Origin: Gemmata obscuriglobus
Lineage (GTDB): Bacteria > Planctomycetota > Planctomycetia > Gemmatales > Gemmataceae
Length of the DNA stretch: 32,000 bases
Assembly (NCBI RefSeq): GCF_008065095.1
Contig: NZ_CP042911.1
Coordinates: 5,400,001-5,432,000, forward strand
Direction: 5' to 3'
The notes beneath the pieces are model-generated. The model had not been told where the DNA came from. It made no database searches and saw only the letters and a program-made list of their open reading frames with translations. The translations under genes and the position numbers were made by a program. Positions 14,223 through 23,503 of this stretch are shown piece by piece. Position 1 is the stretch's first letter; each line of letters begins with the position of its first letter.

Positions 14223-15602
14223 TTAAAAATCGAAACCGACGCGCACGCCGTAGAGGTCCGCGGCGCCGTGCTGCCCGGTTCGGGTGGTCTGAAACGCGCG
14301 AATGTAGTTCGCCGTGATGCGCAGATACGGATTCAAGTACCAGTTGAGGCCGGCGGTCAGGTCGGTGAGCCGGCCGCCGCGGACGCCGCCGTTGTTCAGG
14401 TCGAGGTGCGAAAGCCGTAGTGCCAGTTCCCACGCGCCGGGACCGCGGCCCAAGCTCCGCGACTCCCGGCCGACGAAATCGCGGCGCGGCGAAATCCGGT
14501 CGAGCATGCCGGTGCTGCGCCGGTACGTCCGGTTCTCACCCGTCAAGAACACGCTGCCGTACACGTACCAGGACTGAAGGTAGACCGCGCCGCTGGCGTA
14601 GGTGTCGATGGGGACGAGGACGTACTCGCCTTGAGCCGAAAAGGGGCCGCGGATTAGCAGCGCTTCCGCCCCGATGAGCTGATAGAACCCGGCCCCGACG
14701 GCCCCGGTGTCCACAAAGTTGGGCACGTTGGGCGCGGCGGACCCGGAACGCAACTCCGGGCGCACGGCGAACCGCACCTGGCCCCCCTTCGTGGCCCGGG
14801 CCGAGTACGCGAGCCCCAGGTGGAGCAGGTCGCGACCGTCGGTTGCTTCGTCGTACCACGGCAGGTACGTCACACGCCCCGTCGCGGCGGAGCGGAAATC
14901 GTTACCGGTGTCGTCGCCGAACACGTCGCTGTCGGTGTGGAACGCCCCGACGGCCCACGTCCCGCGCTGGTCCGCGTAGGTGTCGAACGCCATCACCCCG
15001 GTGTTGCGGCCGGGGCTGATCGGCTCCGTCGGGAGGCTCCGCTCCATGAACGTGATGAACCGGTTCTGGCTGTACTGCTCGAGCCCGAACGGTTCGAAGA
15101 AGTGCCCGGCGCGGACGTGACCGAGCCACGGCACGTCGTTGAGGCCGACGAACACGTCGATGAACGACGGCCGGCCCGGGAGCGCAAAGTCCAAGCCGAG
15201 TCGGTACTCGACCTGGCCGTATTCACCGAACATGTTGAAGCGGGCACGGCGAAACGCCGCCCCGTCGGGGATGCTACCGACGGCGGCCCGGTTCACCGCG
15301 TCCTGATCGGACCAGATCGAGTCCGCCTGAATTTGGAAGGACCAGTTGAGTGTGGGCTTCTTGGCGGCGTCGGCGGCCTTCTGCTTGGACTTTTTGAGCT
15401 CGTCTTCCAGGTGGGAGACGCGCTGCATCAGTTCCGTGAGCTTGTCCTTCGGTCCGTCCGCCACCGGCACCAGTTCCGCGGGGGAGGTGGCCTCGACCGG
15501 TTGGACCGGTGCATTTGTGACGGCCGGCCGCTCCTGAGCGCCGAGGCGCGCGCAAATGAGGCAAACGGCGCAAAGAGCCAGCGCGAACGGGGAGCGCAAC
15601 AT
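14223..15602 (-). CDS. Outer-membrane porin of the phosphate-selective porin O/P (OprO/OprP-like) family with an N-terminal coiled-coil segment
   Basis: Signal peptide MLRSPFALALCAVCLICARLGAQ, then a coiled-coil-like LTELMQRVSHLEDELKKSKQKAADAAKK. The Porin_O_P-like core is FRRARFNMFG...GHVRAGHFFEPFGLEQYSQNRFITFMERS. The protein ends in the beta-barrel-style YGVRVGFDF. Confidence 0.8.
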   Translation of the reverse strand: MLRSPFALALCAVCLICARLGAQERPAVTNAPVQPVEATSPAELVPVADGPKDKLTELMQRVSHLEDELKKSKQKAADAAKKPTLNWSFQIQADSIWSDQDAVNRAAVGSIPDGAAFRRARFNMFGEYGQVEYRLGLDFALPGRPSFIDVFVGLNDVPWLGHVRAGHFFEPFGLEQYSQNRFITFMERSLPTEPISPGRNTGVMAFDTYADQRGTWAVGAFHTDSDVFGDDTGNDFRSAATGRVTYLPWYDEATDGRDLLHLGLAYSARATKGGQVRFAVRPELRSGSAAPNVPNFVDTGAVGAGFYQLIGAEALLIRGPFSAQGEYVLVPIDTYASGAVYLQSWYVYGSVFLTGENRTYRRSTGMLDRISPRRDFVGRESRSLGRGPGAWELALRLSHLDLNNGGVRGGRLTDLTAGLNWYLNPYLRITANYIRAFQTTRTGQHGAADLYGVRVGFDF

Positions 15603-15728
15603 CGATCGGAGTTCCGTCTAGCATCGGAGGTTGCGGTCCTTTAACGACATGCGCGGGGTGAATCAACGGGAACCCGAGGCGCTATCTGACCTTTCGCGGC
15701 GCGGGGCGCGGCGGCACAATACGCGGGT

Positions 15729-16964
15729 ATGAGAATACTCCACACCGCCGACTGGCACCTGGGGGACCGGCTCGGCCGGATCGACCGGACCGACGACCTC
15801 CGCCGAGCGGTCGAGCGCGTCGCCGCGCACTGCAAAGAGCAGAACGTGGACGTGCTCCTGGTCGCCGGCGACCTGTTCAGCGAGCTGGCACGCCCGGACG
15901 GGCTGCGCGAAACGATCCGGCACTGGCAGGAGGTGTTCCGCGAGTTTCTCGAAACCGGCGGCACGATCCTCACACTCACCGGCAACCACGACAACGAGAA
16001 CTTCTGCCAGACGCTCGTGAGCGCGATGTCGCTCGCGTCGCCCACGATCGGGCGCCCCGGAGAGGTGGTTCCCCCGGGGCGGCTCTACCTCGCGGCCGAG
16101 CCCACGTTCCTGCGCCTCGAAGACCGCACGGACGGGTTCCCGGTGCAGTTCGTGCTGATGCCGTTCCCGACCCCGCACCGGTTCTTCCGCGGCGACGCCG
16201 CCCTGAAGTATGGCAGCCCTGAGGAGAAAAATGCGCTGCTGGTGTCGGCGTGGGCCGACGCGCTGCGCGAGATCCGCGCGCACCCCAAATACGACCCAAC
16301 CGCGCCCGCCGTGCTGAGCGCGCACGTTCACATTCACGGTTCGACGGTGGGGCCGAGCCTGTTCCGGATCACGATCGAAGAGGACGTGGTGGTCGAGGGC
16401 GCGGACCTGCCGCAGCAGTTCGATTACGTTGCGCTGGGGCACATTCACAAGCCGCAAGTCGTTGGCGCCCCGCACATGCGCTACTGCGGCAGCATCGAAC
16501 GCATGGACCTGGGCGAACAGGGCGACCAGAAGGGCGTCGTTTTGGTCGACATCGGCCGAACCGGGCGGAACGGAGAGCCAGAGGTGCTGTCGCTCCCCTC
16601 CACTCCGATTTACGAAGTGGTCGTGTTGGACCCGGCGCAGGACATCCCGCGGCTGCGGGAGGAGTTCCCGGACGCGCAGAACGACCTCGTGAACCTTCAG
16701 ATCCGCTACACCTCGGGCAAGGACCAGCTCGAAGACGTGCTGCGCGACCTGGACCGCATTTTCCCGCGCTGGTACGCCCGCGACTGGCAGGAAACCGGCG
16801 CACTCGGCCCGACGCTGGTGAACCCCGCGGAGGGCGCCGGCGGAAAAGGGTTCGGCGAAACGGTGCGCGAGTACCTCGGACAAGAACTCGTTCAGCACGA
16901 CGAGGGCGAACGGGACGCGATCCTGAAGATCGCGGAAGGGCTGCTGAAGGAACTGGAAAACTAA
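15729..16964 (+). CDS. sbcD: Exonuclease SbcCD nuclease subunit D (Mre11-like metallophosphoesterase)
   Basis: MRILHTADWHLGDRLG...LLVAGDLF...LTGNHD...GHIH are the calcineurin-like phosphoesterase motifs in the order typical of SbcD/Mre11. The gene is followed by an SbcC-type gene. Confidence 0.9.
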   Translation: MRILHTADWHLGDRLGRIDRTDDLRRAVERVAAHCKEQNVDVLLVAGDLFSELARPDGLRETIRHWQEVFREFLETGGTILTLTGNHDNENFCQTLVSAMSLASPTIGRPGEVVPPGRLYLAAEPTFLRLEDRTDGFPVQFVLMPFPTPHRFFRGDAALKYGSPEEKNALLVSAWADALREIRAHPKYDPTAPAVLSAHVHIHGSTVGPSLFRITIEEDVVVEGADLPQQFDYVALGHIHKPQVVGAPHMRYCGSIERMDLGEQGDQKGVVLVDIGRTGRNGEPEVLSLPSTPIYEVVVLDPAQDIPRLREEFPDAQNDLVNLQIRYTSGKDQLEDVLRDLDRIFPRWYARDWQETGALGPTLVNPAEGAGGKGFGETVREYLGQELVQHDEGERDAILKIAEGLLKELEN

Positions 16965-17073
16965 GCAGTAATGGCCGCAAAAAGGCACAAGAGGAAGCAG
17001 AAGAACACAAATTGAGAGCGGATGTTCTTTAGTCTCTTTTGAGTCTTTCGTGCTTTTTTGCGGCCGTTACTGC
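16965..17073 (+). repeat. 109-nt nested inverted repeat filling most of the sbcD-sbcC intergenic gap
   Basis: The outer arms are 16965-16988 (GCAGTAATGGCCGCAAAAAGGCAC) and 17050-17073 (GTGCTTTTTTGCGGCCGTTACTGC). They form 24 pairs, two of which are G.U when read as plus-strand RNA. The inner stem is AAGAACA (17001-17007) with TGTTCTT (17023-17029). The 61-nt core is markedly AT-rich. Confidence 0.7.
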
Positions 17074-17094
17074 CTTCTGGATTGAGACGGCGAA

Positions 17095-20000
17095 ATGATC
17101 CCGCAACGAGTGAAGCTGTCCGGGTTCCTCTCGTACAAGGACGAGCAGGAGATTCGTTTCGACGGCGCGCCCCTGTGGATGCTGTCGGGCACCAACGGGA
17201 GCGGCAAGTCGAGCATCTTCGACGCGGTCACGTTCGCACTGTTCGGCCACCACCGTGGCGGGAGCCAGAGCGCCGCCGAACTCATCAACAAGGAAGCCAC
17301 CACCCTCAGCGTCGAGTTCGACTTCACCAGCGAGCGACAACTGTACCGGATCAAGCGGACCGTGCGCAAGCGCCAGAGCGGCGTCGCCAGCACGCAGCAG
17401 GTGTTGAAGCACACGCACAGCGAGATCACCGGCGAGACGTGGGAGGCGGTGGCGGGGACCGAATACAGGGCGAAGTTCGACGCCTGGGTGAAGGACAAGA
17501 TCGGGCTCGATTACGAGACGTTCACGTCGTCGGTGCTGTTGCTCCAGGGCAAATCGGAAAAGCTGCTCGACAGCACCCCGGCGGGGCGCGCGGGGGTGCT
17601 CGCGCGGATCGTGGACCTGGAGCGCTACCAGAAACTTCACGGAAAAGCCGACGACAAGCGCCGCGCGCTCAAGAGCGAGCTGGAGGGCCTCACGAATCAA
17701 CTGCTCGGCGTGAAGGAGGTCACCAACGAGGAGTACGCCGAGGTGGAGGCGCAGATTCTGGAGCTGGATGAGGCGCGGCTGCGCGTGCAGGAGCGCATCG
17801 ACCACCTCAACGCACTGGAGCTGCGGGCGCGGCGCTGGACCGACACGCAGGCCAAGCTCCAGGGGGTGCGGGCGAAGCTCCAGGGCGCCGAAAAGCTGCT
17901 CGGCACCGCGGTCGCGATCGAGAAGGACCACACCCGGCTGCGCGAGCTGCGCGACGTGCTTCCGGCGGTCAACACGATCGTCACCGAGCGCGGCCGGGTC
18001 AACGCGTCGGAGCGCAACACCGACCGCCTCACCAAGGAGCGCGAGGAGGTGACGGAGACCCGGCGTAAGACCGATAACACGCTCTCGCAGCTCCGGAAGA
18101 AGCTCGCCGCGCTCAAAACCACGCAGACCGAGAACGAGGCCAAAAAGGGGCACCTCGAAACGCGCTTGCGCGAACTGACCGCGGTCCTCGAAAAGGTTAA
18201 ACAGGTCGAGGACGCGGAGTCCGAGATCGCGCGCCTGGACGACGAGCTGAAGCCGTTCCCGAAGGACACGGACGCGAGGGTGCGCGAGTTCCAGACCGAA
18301 CACGAGCGGCTCGCGCTGCTGGCCCAGCACGTCGCGCTTTTGGACCGCCTGCACCAGGACCGCTCCGAACTCACGAAGGCGGTCACGGCCGAGCGGCAGG
18401 TCCGCGCCGACGAGTCGCGGCTCAAGGCCGAGGGCATCAAGGCGAAAGAGGACTTCACGCAACTCGAGGCCGATGCGAAGGCCGCCCGCGAGGACCGGGC
18501 CGCAAAGGACCAGGCTACGGCCGAGGCCCGCGCGCTCGCCCGGCAGGCACGCGAACTCGCCGACGAGTTCAAGAGCATGACCGGCGTCACGAAGTGTCGC
18601 GCGTGCGGCCAGAAGCTGACGCCGGAGCATTTTGCGGACGAGAAGAAGGCCCGCGAGACCGAGGCGAAAAAGGCCGAGGAGCGGCTCAAGACGCTGACCG
18701 TTGGGGCGGAAAAGGCCCGCACGCGCGAGGACGAACTTGCCGCGAAAGAAGTCAGTGAACGGAAGCGGCTCACCGACCTTCGCGACCGGTGGAAGGACGC
18801 CGACGCGGCGCTCAAGCAGACGACCGCCGACATCAAGCGCCTGACCGAGGCGTGCCGGCAAACGTACTTCGCGCTGCCCGACGAGTTCAAGCAGAAGCTC
18901 GGCCCGTCGGAGCCGGCCGACTGGTCGGCGGTGACGTACCCGAACCGGCAAGATCTCGCCGCACTCAACGACGAGGCCCGCGGGATCGAACTCACCCGCC
19001 GGAGGTTGAAGGCCGCGCAGGAAGAGGCAAAAAAGGCCGAGGCTCTGCGGGCGAAACTCGACTCGGCGCGCGAGCGGCTCGCGCGGGCGCAGCGCGCGTT
19101 GCCCGGGGGCGACCCGGGTGCGCTACGTCAGGAATACGTCGCGAAGCAGAGCGAAGAGAAGAGCGTTAAGGCGGCGCTGGAAGCGGGTAAGAAAGAGATC
19201 ACCGCGACCGAGGGCGACATCGAACGTTACCAGCGCGCCGTGAACAACGCGGAGCAAGAACTGGTCACCATCGCGGGCAAACTGGAGCTTGAGGAGTCGA
19301 GCCGCCGGCAGAGCGGTGAGTCGATCGAACGCGCGAAGAAGGCGCTCCCGGCCGCGTGGCAGAAGCCGCTCGAAACTGCGGGGCTCACGGACCGCGCGCG
19401 GTGGCAGGACGAACTCGACGAGTTGGTGACCAAAAATACGGAAGCGCGGTACACGCAGCTCCAGGCCGCGCGGGGCGGGTTGGACCCGCTCCGGGCCGAA
19501 ATCAAGCAGCTCGAAGGTGAGGCCGATGCGTTCCCGGAAGAGGAACGCCGCTCGCCGGACGACGTGCGGAACGAGGTGGCCGCGGCGCGAAAGGAGCTGG
19601 ACCTTCGGAACCAACAGCACCTCGACGCGCTGGGGCGCCGGCGCGTGCTGGACGACTACCGGCGGCAGCGCTTCGAGCTGGCGGAGCGGTTCCGCGCGGT
19701 GGACGCCGACCACAACCGCCACAAGGTGCTGGCGGAGCTGCTGGGCCGCGACCGCTTGCAGCGCCACTTGGTGCGCCAGGCCGAGCGTCAGATCGTGGAC
19801 TACGCGAACGCGGTTCTGGACCGGCTGAGCGGCGGACAACTGTTCATGCGGCTGGTCGAGTCCGAGGCCGGGACCGACAAGGCGCTGGACCTGGAGTGCG
19901 CGAACCGCGTGACCGGCGGGGGGGCGATCAACGTCGCGTTCCTGAGCGGGAGCCAGCGGTTCCGGGTGGCGGTGGCGCTCGCGCTGGGGATCGGCCAGTA

Positions 20001-20229
20001 CGCGAGCAAGCAGCACCGGCCGATCGAGAGCGTCATCATCGACGAGGGGTTCGGTTGCCTGGACCGGGCCGGCCGGCAGGTGATGATCCAGGAACTTCAG
20101 AACCTCCGCGGGCACCTGCACTGCATTCTGCTCGTGTCGCACCAGGAGGAGTTCGCGGACGCGTTCCCTGACGGGTACAAGTTCGAGTTGCAGGACGGCG
20201 CGACGCGGGTGAGCCGGCTGGTGCGGTAA
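17095..20229 (+). CDS. sbcC: Exonuclease SbcCD ATPase subunit C (Rad50/SMC-like)
   Basis: Walker A is GTNGSGKSSIFDA. Long coiled-coil sequence surrounds a zinc-hook CxxC (KCRACGQKL). The ABC signature FLSGSQRFRVAVALALG, Walker B VIIDEGFGCLD and the LLVSHQEE motif are all present. Length is 1044 aa. Confidence 0.9.
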   Translation: MIPQRVKLSGFLSYKDEQEIRFDGAPLWMLSGTNGSGKSSIFDAVTFALFGHHRGGSQSAAELINKEATTLSVEFDFTSERQLYRIKRTVRKRQSGVASTQQVLKHTHSEITGETWEAVAGTEYRAKFDAWVKDKIGLDYETFTSSVLLLQGKSEKLLDSTPAGRAGVLARIVDLERYQKLHGKADDKRRALKSELEGLTNQLLGVKEVTNEEYAEVEAQILELDEARLRVQERIDHLNALELRARRWTDTQAKLQGVRAKLQGAEKLLGTAVAIEKDHTRLRELRDVLPAVNTIVTERGRVNASERNTDRLTKEREEVTETRRKTDNTLSQLRKKLAALKTTQTENEAKKGHLETRLRELTAVLEKVKQVEDAESEIARLDDELKPFPKDTDARVREFQTEHERLALLAQHVALLDRLHQDRSELTKAVTAERQVRADESRLKAEGIKAKEDFTQLEADAKAAREDRAAKDQATAEARALARQARELADEFKSMTGVTKCRACGQKLTPEHFADEKKARETEAKKAEERLKTLTVGAEKARTREDELAAKEVSERKRLTDLRDRWKDADAALKQTTADIKRLTEACRQTYFALPDEFKQKLGPSEPADWSAVTYPNRQDLAALNDEARGIELTRRRLKAAQEEAKKAEALRAKLDSARERLARAQRALPGGDPGALRQEYVAKQSEEKSVKAALEAGKKEITATEGDIERYQRAVNNAEQELVTIAGKLELEESSRRQSGESIERAKKALPAAWQKPLETAGLTDRARWQDELDELVTKNTEARYTQLQAARGGLDPLRAEIKQLEGEADAFPEEERRSPDDVRNEVAAARKELDLRNQQHLDALGRRRVLDDYRRQRFELAERFRAVDADHNRHKVLAELLGRDRLQRHLVRQAERQIVDYANAVLDRLSGGQLFMRLVESEAGTDKALDLECANRVTGGGAINVAFLSGSQRFRVAVALALGIGQYASKQHRPIESVIIDEGFGCLDRAGRQVMIQELQNLRGHLHCILLVSHQEEFADAFPDGYKFELQDGATRVSRLVR

Positions 20230-20277
20230 GCGGTATCGCGTTTCACGCTTGCCGCCCGCCGGGATCGCGAACCGGTC

Positions 20278-22659
20278 CTATCGCACCCGGCGGTAGAACC
20301 GGTTCGCGATGAAGCTCTCGCCCACAAGCAGCCCGAGTACAGCGATCAGCAGCCACGGGAACAGGTCGATCAGCCCGCCCAGGGTGGTTGTCAACAGGTC
20401 GGCCAGTGACACGTTTTTCGTCGCGGGCGTCACCGCGATCACGCGCCCCTCGCCGACCAACTCTTCCACATCCTTCACATCGACCTTCGCAAGATTGCTC
20501 TCGTCGGCCGGCACATTCAGGCTGAACCCGTCGCGCCACACCTCCGTCGCCCCCGGACGCACGGACAGCGCGTAGTTGCCGGGGGCGTTCGTCTTCGGCG
20601 GACTGATGCGCAGCTCCGTTTGTTTGTCGCCCGGGCGGATCGTGGCATCGTTCCCCACGATCACGTTAGGCGGCCCCTCGAACAGCACCACGCTCTCCCG
20701 CTGTAACTTCCCGCGCGGCAGCGGGACCGTCACCGTTGCGCCGGTCGGGTAGTTGAAGTTTGCGTCCTCGGTGTCGCCGGCGAGGTACCGCACCAGCAGG
20801 TTCGGAAACACCACGAACCAGGACCCGTCCTGCGCCCAGTAGTTGTGCCAGTTGTCGCGGTCGTCGCCCACGTCCATCCGCGTCGTGAGCAGCACAACCT
20901 TGCCTTTCGGCTTGTTCCCGTCGTTCGGATCCGTTACCGTTCGCTCCAACACCGCCGGGTGCTGCTGCTCGGGCTTCTCGGCGTCGCGGTACCGCACCGC
21001 CACGGTTGCGCCGGCAGCGGGCGTCACGTCCCAGAACTTCCAGGTCACGCGGGGGTTAGAGATCACGTTCAGCCGCTCGGTCCGTTGCTGCCGCCAGGCG
21101 TCGATCGGCTTCAACAGCGGGTGCGCGAGAGCCTTCTCGTCCAGAACCCATGTCACACCGTTCTTGCCCTCGCGGGGTTCCTCCCAGGTTGAGGCCGTCT
21201 GCGGCGGCGGCGGCGGGGTCACGCGCCGCGTGTCGATCACCTTGCCGAGGGTGCCGGGCATCAGGTCGCTCGCCACGTCGTTATAACCGGCGGGATCGGT
21301 CCAGCCGTCGCGGCCCGGGATCACGATGAGCTTGCCGCCCGCGCGCAGCATCGGGCGCAGCTTGTCCCAGAGGGTGCTGCCAGCCGGCAGGTTCGGGTTG
21401 TTCACGGCCAGCAGGCACACCGTCTCGAAGCTGCGCAGGTCTTCGGTGACGAGTTCCGCGGGCTTCTTCGGGTCCGGGGCGAATTTCACCACCGCCTGTC
21501 CGCCCTCGGCGGTTTCGATTTGGCTCGGCGTCACCACGAGGCAGTCGAACTCTTCCTTGGTGAGGTGCGCCACCTGCCAGAACGTGGCCCCCTTCGGGTC
21601 GTCGGTGATGGTGAGGATGCGCCGGGCCGCGCCGACCTTGAACGTCAGGTACCGGACGTTGTCGGCCGCGAGGTTGTCCGGTTTGGAGAGGGCGAACTCC
21701 CACTGATTGAGCCCGGGTTTGAGGTTCCGCAGCTCGAACGACAGCCGCTGCGTTTGGCCGCTGACGACCTTCACCGGCTTCGCCAGCGAGCCGTCGGCCT
21801 TCGCCGCGCCGGTGAGCTTCGGGGTAACAACCGCCTCAATCGCTTCGCCCGCCGCGCCGACGGCCCCCACGGTCACATCAACCGTGACGGTTTGGTTCGC
21901 CGGGACGATTTGCGGCTTCATTTCCACGGCGAGGATGGACACGTTCACCGGCTGGTCCGGGCCGAAATCGAACACAACGTGCGTCGGCTTCGGATCGGGG
22001 ACCTGCTCGCGGAGCTTCTTGAGGTCTTCGGTGCGGGTGCCGTCCCACGACGACGCGGTGCGGTCGGTGAACACAGCGACCAACTTCTGAAGCGGGTCGG
22101 CCGCGTCGGTTTCCTGGTCCACCTTCGCGAGCAGTTGGTAGGCCGCGGCGATGGCGGCGCTGACGTTGTGCCCCCCGCCGCGGGTTTCCTTGAGGTCCTC
22201 GATGCGGCGCTGGGCGGCCCCGGTGTCCTGGAGCCACACCGCGGAGAGGTCGGCGGTGTCGAGCACCGCGACCGGTGACCGGTCGGGCAGGTCGTTCAGC
22301 AGTTCGATCGCGCGCTGACGGGCCTCGTCGAGCCGGGACAGCTTGTCCGGGGCGTACCCCATGCTCGGGCTGGTGTCGATCACGATGACCGCGGCGACCG
22401 GTTGCTCACCGCGGATGTTGAACTGGTCGCTTTTGAGCGAGGGCTGGTACAGGGTGAGCGTGAACAGCGCGATGATGAGCATCCGCAGCGCGAGCAGGAT
22501 GAAGTGCCGCAGGCGCAGCTTGCGCTGGTTGGTCTTGAGCTTCTGCTTGAGAAAGCGGTACGCCGGGAACGAGAGCCGCTTGGGCTCCTGCTTCATGATC
22601 AGGTGCAGCAGGACCGGCAACCCGACGAGGGCCGCTCCCGCGAGAAGAATGGCGTTCAT
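20278..22659 (-). CDS. BatA-domain / von Willebrand factor A membrane protein
   Basis: The N-terminus is the double-TM BatA type (MNAILLAGAALVGLPVLLHLIMKQEPKRLSFPAYRFL...FILLALRMLIIALF). The VWA MIDAS motif VIVIDTSPSMGY is present, and there is a C-terminal TM segment (LFPWLLIAVLGLLVGESF). Confidence 0.85.
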   Translation of the reverse strand: MNAILLAGAALVGLPVLLHLIMKQEPKRLSFPAYRFLKQKLKTNQRKLRLRHFILLALRMLIIALFTLTLYQPSLKSDQFNIRGEQPVAAVIVIDTSPSMGYAPDKLSRLDEARQRAIELLNDLPDRSPVAVLDTADLSAVWLQDTGAAQRRIEDLKETRGGGHNVSAAIAAAYQLLAKVDQETDAADPLQKLVAVFTDRTASSWDGTRTEDLKKLREQVPDPKPTHVVFDFGPDQPVNVSILAVEMKPQIVPANQTVTVDVTVGAVGAAGEAIEAVVTPKLTGAAKADGSLAKPVKVVSGQTQRLSFELRNLKPGLNQWEFALSKPDNLAADNVRYLTFKVGAARRILTITDDPKGATFWQVAHLTKEEFDCLVVTPSQIETAEGGQAVVKFAPDPKKPAELVTEDLRSFETVCLLAVNNPNLPAGSTLWDKLRPMLRAGGKLIVIPGRDGWTDPAGYNDVASDLMPGTLGKVIDTRRVTPPPPPQTASTWEEPREGKNGVTWVLDEKALAHPLLKPIDAWRQQRTERLNVISNPRVTWKFWDVTPAAGATVAVRYRDAEKPEQQHPAVLERTVTDPNDGNKPKGKVVLLTTRMDVGDDRDNWHNYWAQDGSWFVVFPNLLVRYLAGDTEDANFNYPTGATVTVPLPRGKLQRESVVLFEGPPNVIVGNDATIRPGDKQTELRISPPKTNAPGNYALSVRPGATEVWRDGFSLNVPADESNLAKVDVKDVEELVGEGRVIAVTPATKNVSLADLLTTTLGGLIDLFPWLLIAVLGLLVGESFIANRFYRRVR

Positions 22660-22701
22660 GGTGCCATTCTAACCACCGCGGACGGTGCGTGTTGGCGCGA
22701 T

Positions 22702-22914
22702 TCACGCCTTCGGGCGGCCGAACTCGTCGAGCCCGTACCGGGCGAAGATCTCGGCCGGCGCGATCCACACAACTTTGCCGTCGCGCCACTCGCACACGGA
22801 GCGGCCCATGCGCGCGTGCTCGAGCAGCGCCTCCTGGTTGGCCGCGGCGTGCGCGCGGGCGATTGCGGACAGGTCGGGCATCTCAATCGCCGGAAGGATC
22901 ATTTGCTCCGCCAT
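22702..22914 (-). CDS. Small (70 aa) protein of unknown function whose start overlaps the 3' end of the zeta-like kinase gene; candidate cognate partner or antitoxin
   Basis: The ATG at 22914 is preceded by GGAG about 9-12 nt upstream. Translation: MAEQMILPAIEMPDLSAIARAHAAANQEALLEHARMGRSVCEWRDGKVVWIAPAEIFARYGLDEFGRPKA. It overlaps the upstream gene by 32 nt in a different frame and ends 42 nt before the BatA start. The track ORF starts at 22968. Confidence 0.55.
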   Translation of the reverse strand: MAEQMILPAIEMPDLSAIARAHAAANQEALLEHARMGRSVCEWRDGKVVWIAPAEIFARYGLDEFGRPKA

Positions 22915-23503
22915 CGTCGGCACTCCGCTGGAATAGGTCCCATGTTTCGGGGTCAAGAACAGTATCAAAGAAGCTATTATTGAAGGCGATCAGGTGCCGC
23001 ACCCCGTAGCTATTATCATACACCTGCCACGTTGTTACGACAGGCCGGTAGAGCTCAAGGAAGTTGCGTACGCTGCGTGAGTACCGTCGGCGGACCGTGT
23101 CGTCCGGGACGTGGTGCCCGCCGGCGCGAACGCGCTCCGCGACCCGGTCGATTGCCATATCGGGACTTCGCAACCAGTAGTACAGCAGGTGGATGGCGTA
23201 ACCGCTCTGGGCCAGTTCGCGGAGCCAGCGGGCGTAGGCCCGGCCCGAGAGCGTGGTCTCGAAGGCGAAGTTCCGGCGCGCCGCGGCCAGTTCGTGCAGG
23301 TGATCGAGCATCACGCGCCCGGCCTTGGCCGCGACCGATTCGCCATCGAACGCGTTCAGCCCGCGGGCGATGGCGTCGGCGTTCGTGAAGGACGGGATTC
23401 GCATCGCGTCGCGCAGCAGGTGCTGTGAGGCGGTCGTTTTACCGGCCCCGTTGATGCCGGCGAGAACCGCGACCTGCGGGCGGGCGATAGCGTGGGCGTT
23501 CAC
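22883..23503 (-). CDS. Zeta-toxin-family P-loop kinase-like protein (COG4185-type predicted ATPase)
   Basis: GTG start at 23503 with AAGGAG 6 nt upstream. Walker A VLAGINGAGKTT. Family-typical blocks NFAFETTLSG and IDRVAERVRAGGHHVPDDTVRRRYSRSVRNF. Length is 206 aa. Confidence 0.85.
   Translation of the reverse strand: MNAHAIARPQVAVLAGINGAGKTTASQHLLRDAMRIPSFTNADAIARGLNAFDGESVAAKAGRVMLDHLHELAAARRNFAFETTLSGRAYARWLRELAQSGYAIHLLYYWLRSPDMAIDRVAERVRAGGHHVPDDTVRRRYSRSVRNFLELYRPVVTTWQVYDNSYGVRHLIAFNNSFFDTVLDPETWDLFQRSADDGGANDPSGD

Noticed and set aside
15663-20142. Minus-strand ORFs 15663..16988, 17029..18951, 17697..18995 and 19123..20142, antisense to sbcD and sbcC
   Set aside because: They have no recognisable motifs and an Arg/Leu/Pro-biased composition. 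The plus-strand frames carry complete SbcD and SbcC motif sets.
15729-20229. SbcCD pair as a candidate phage-defence (SMC/Rad50-type) module
   Set aside because: Both proteins have the standard housekeeping SbcD and SbcC architecture and sizes. No extra defence-associated genes are attached. The neighbours are an efflux cluster and a BatA/VWA gene.
20256-20293. 8-bp GC stem (CCGCCGGG / CCCGGCGG) between convergent sbcC and the BatA gene, considered as a terminator
   Set aside because: The loop is 22 nt, there is no U tract, and one arm lies inside the BatA coding sequence. It is too weak to call.
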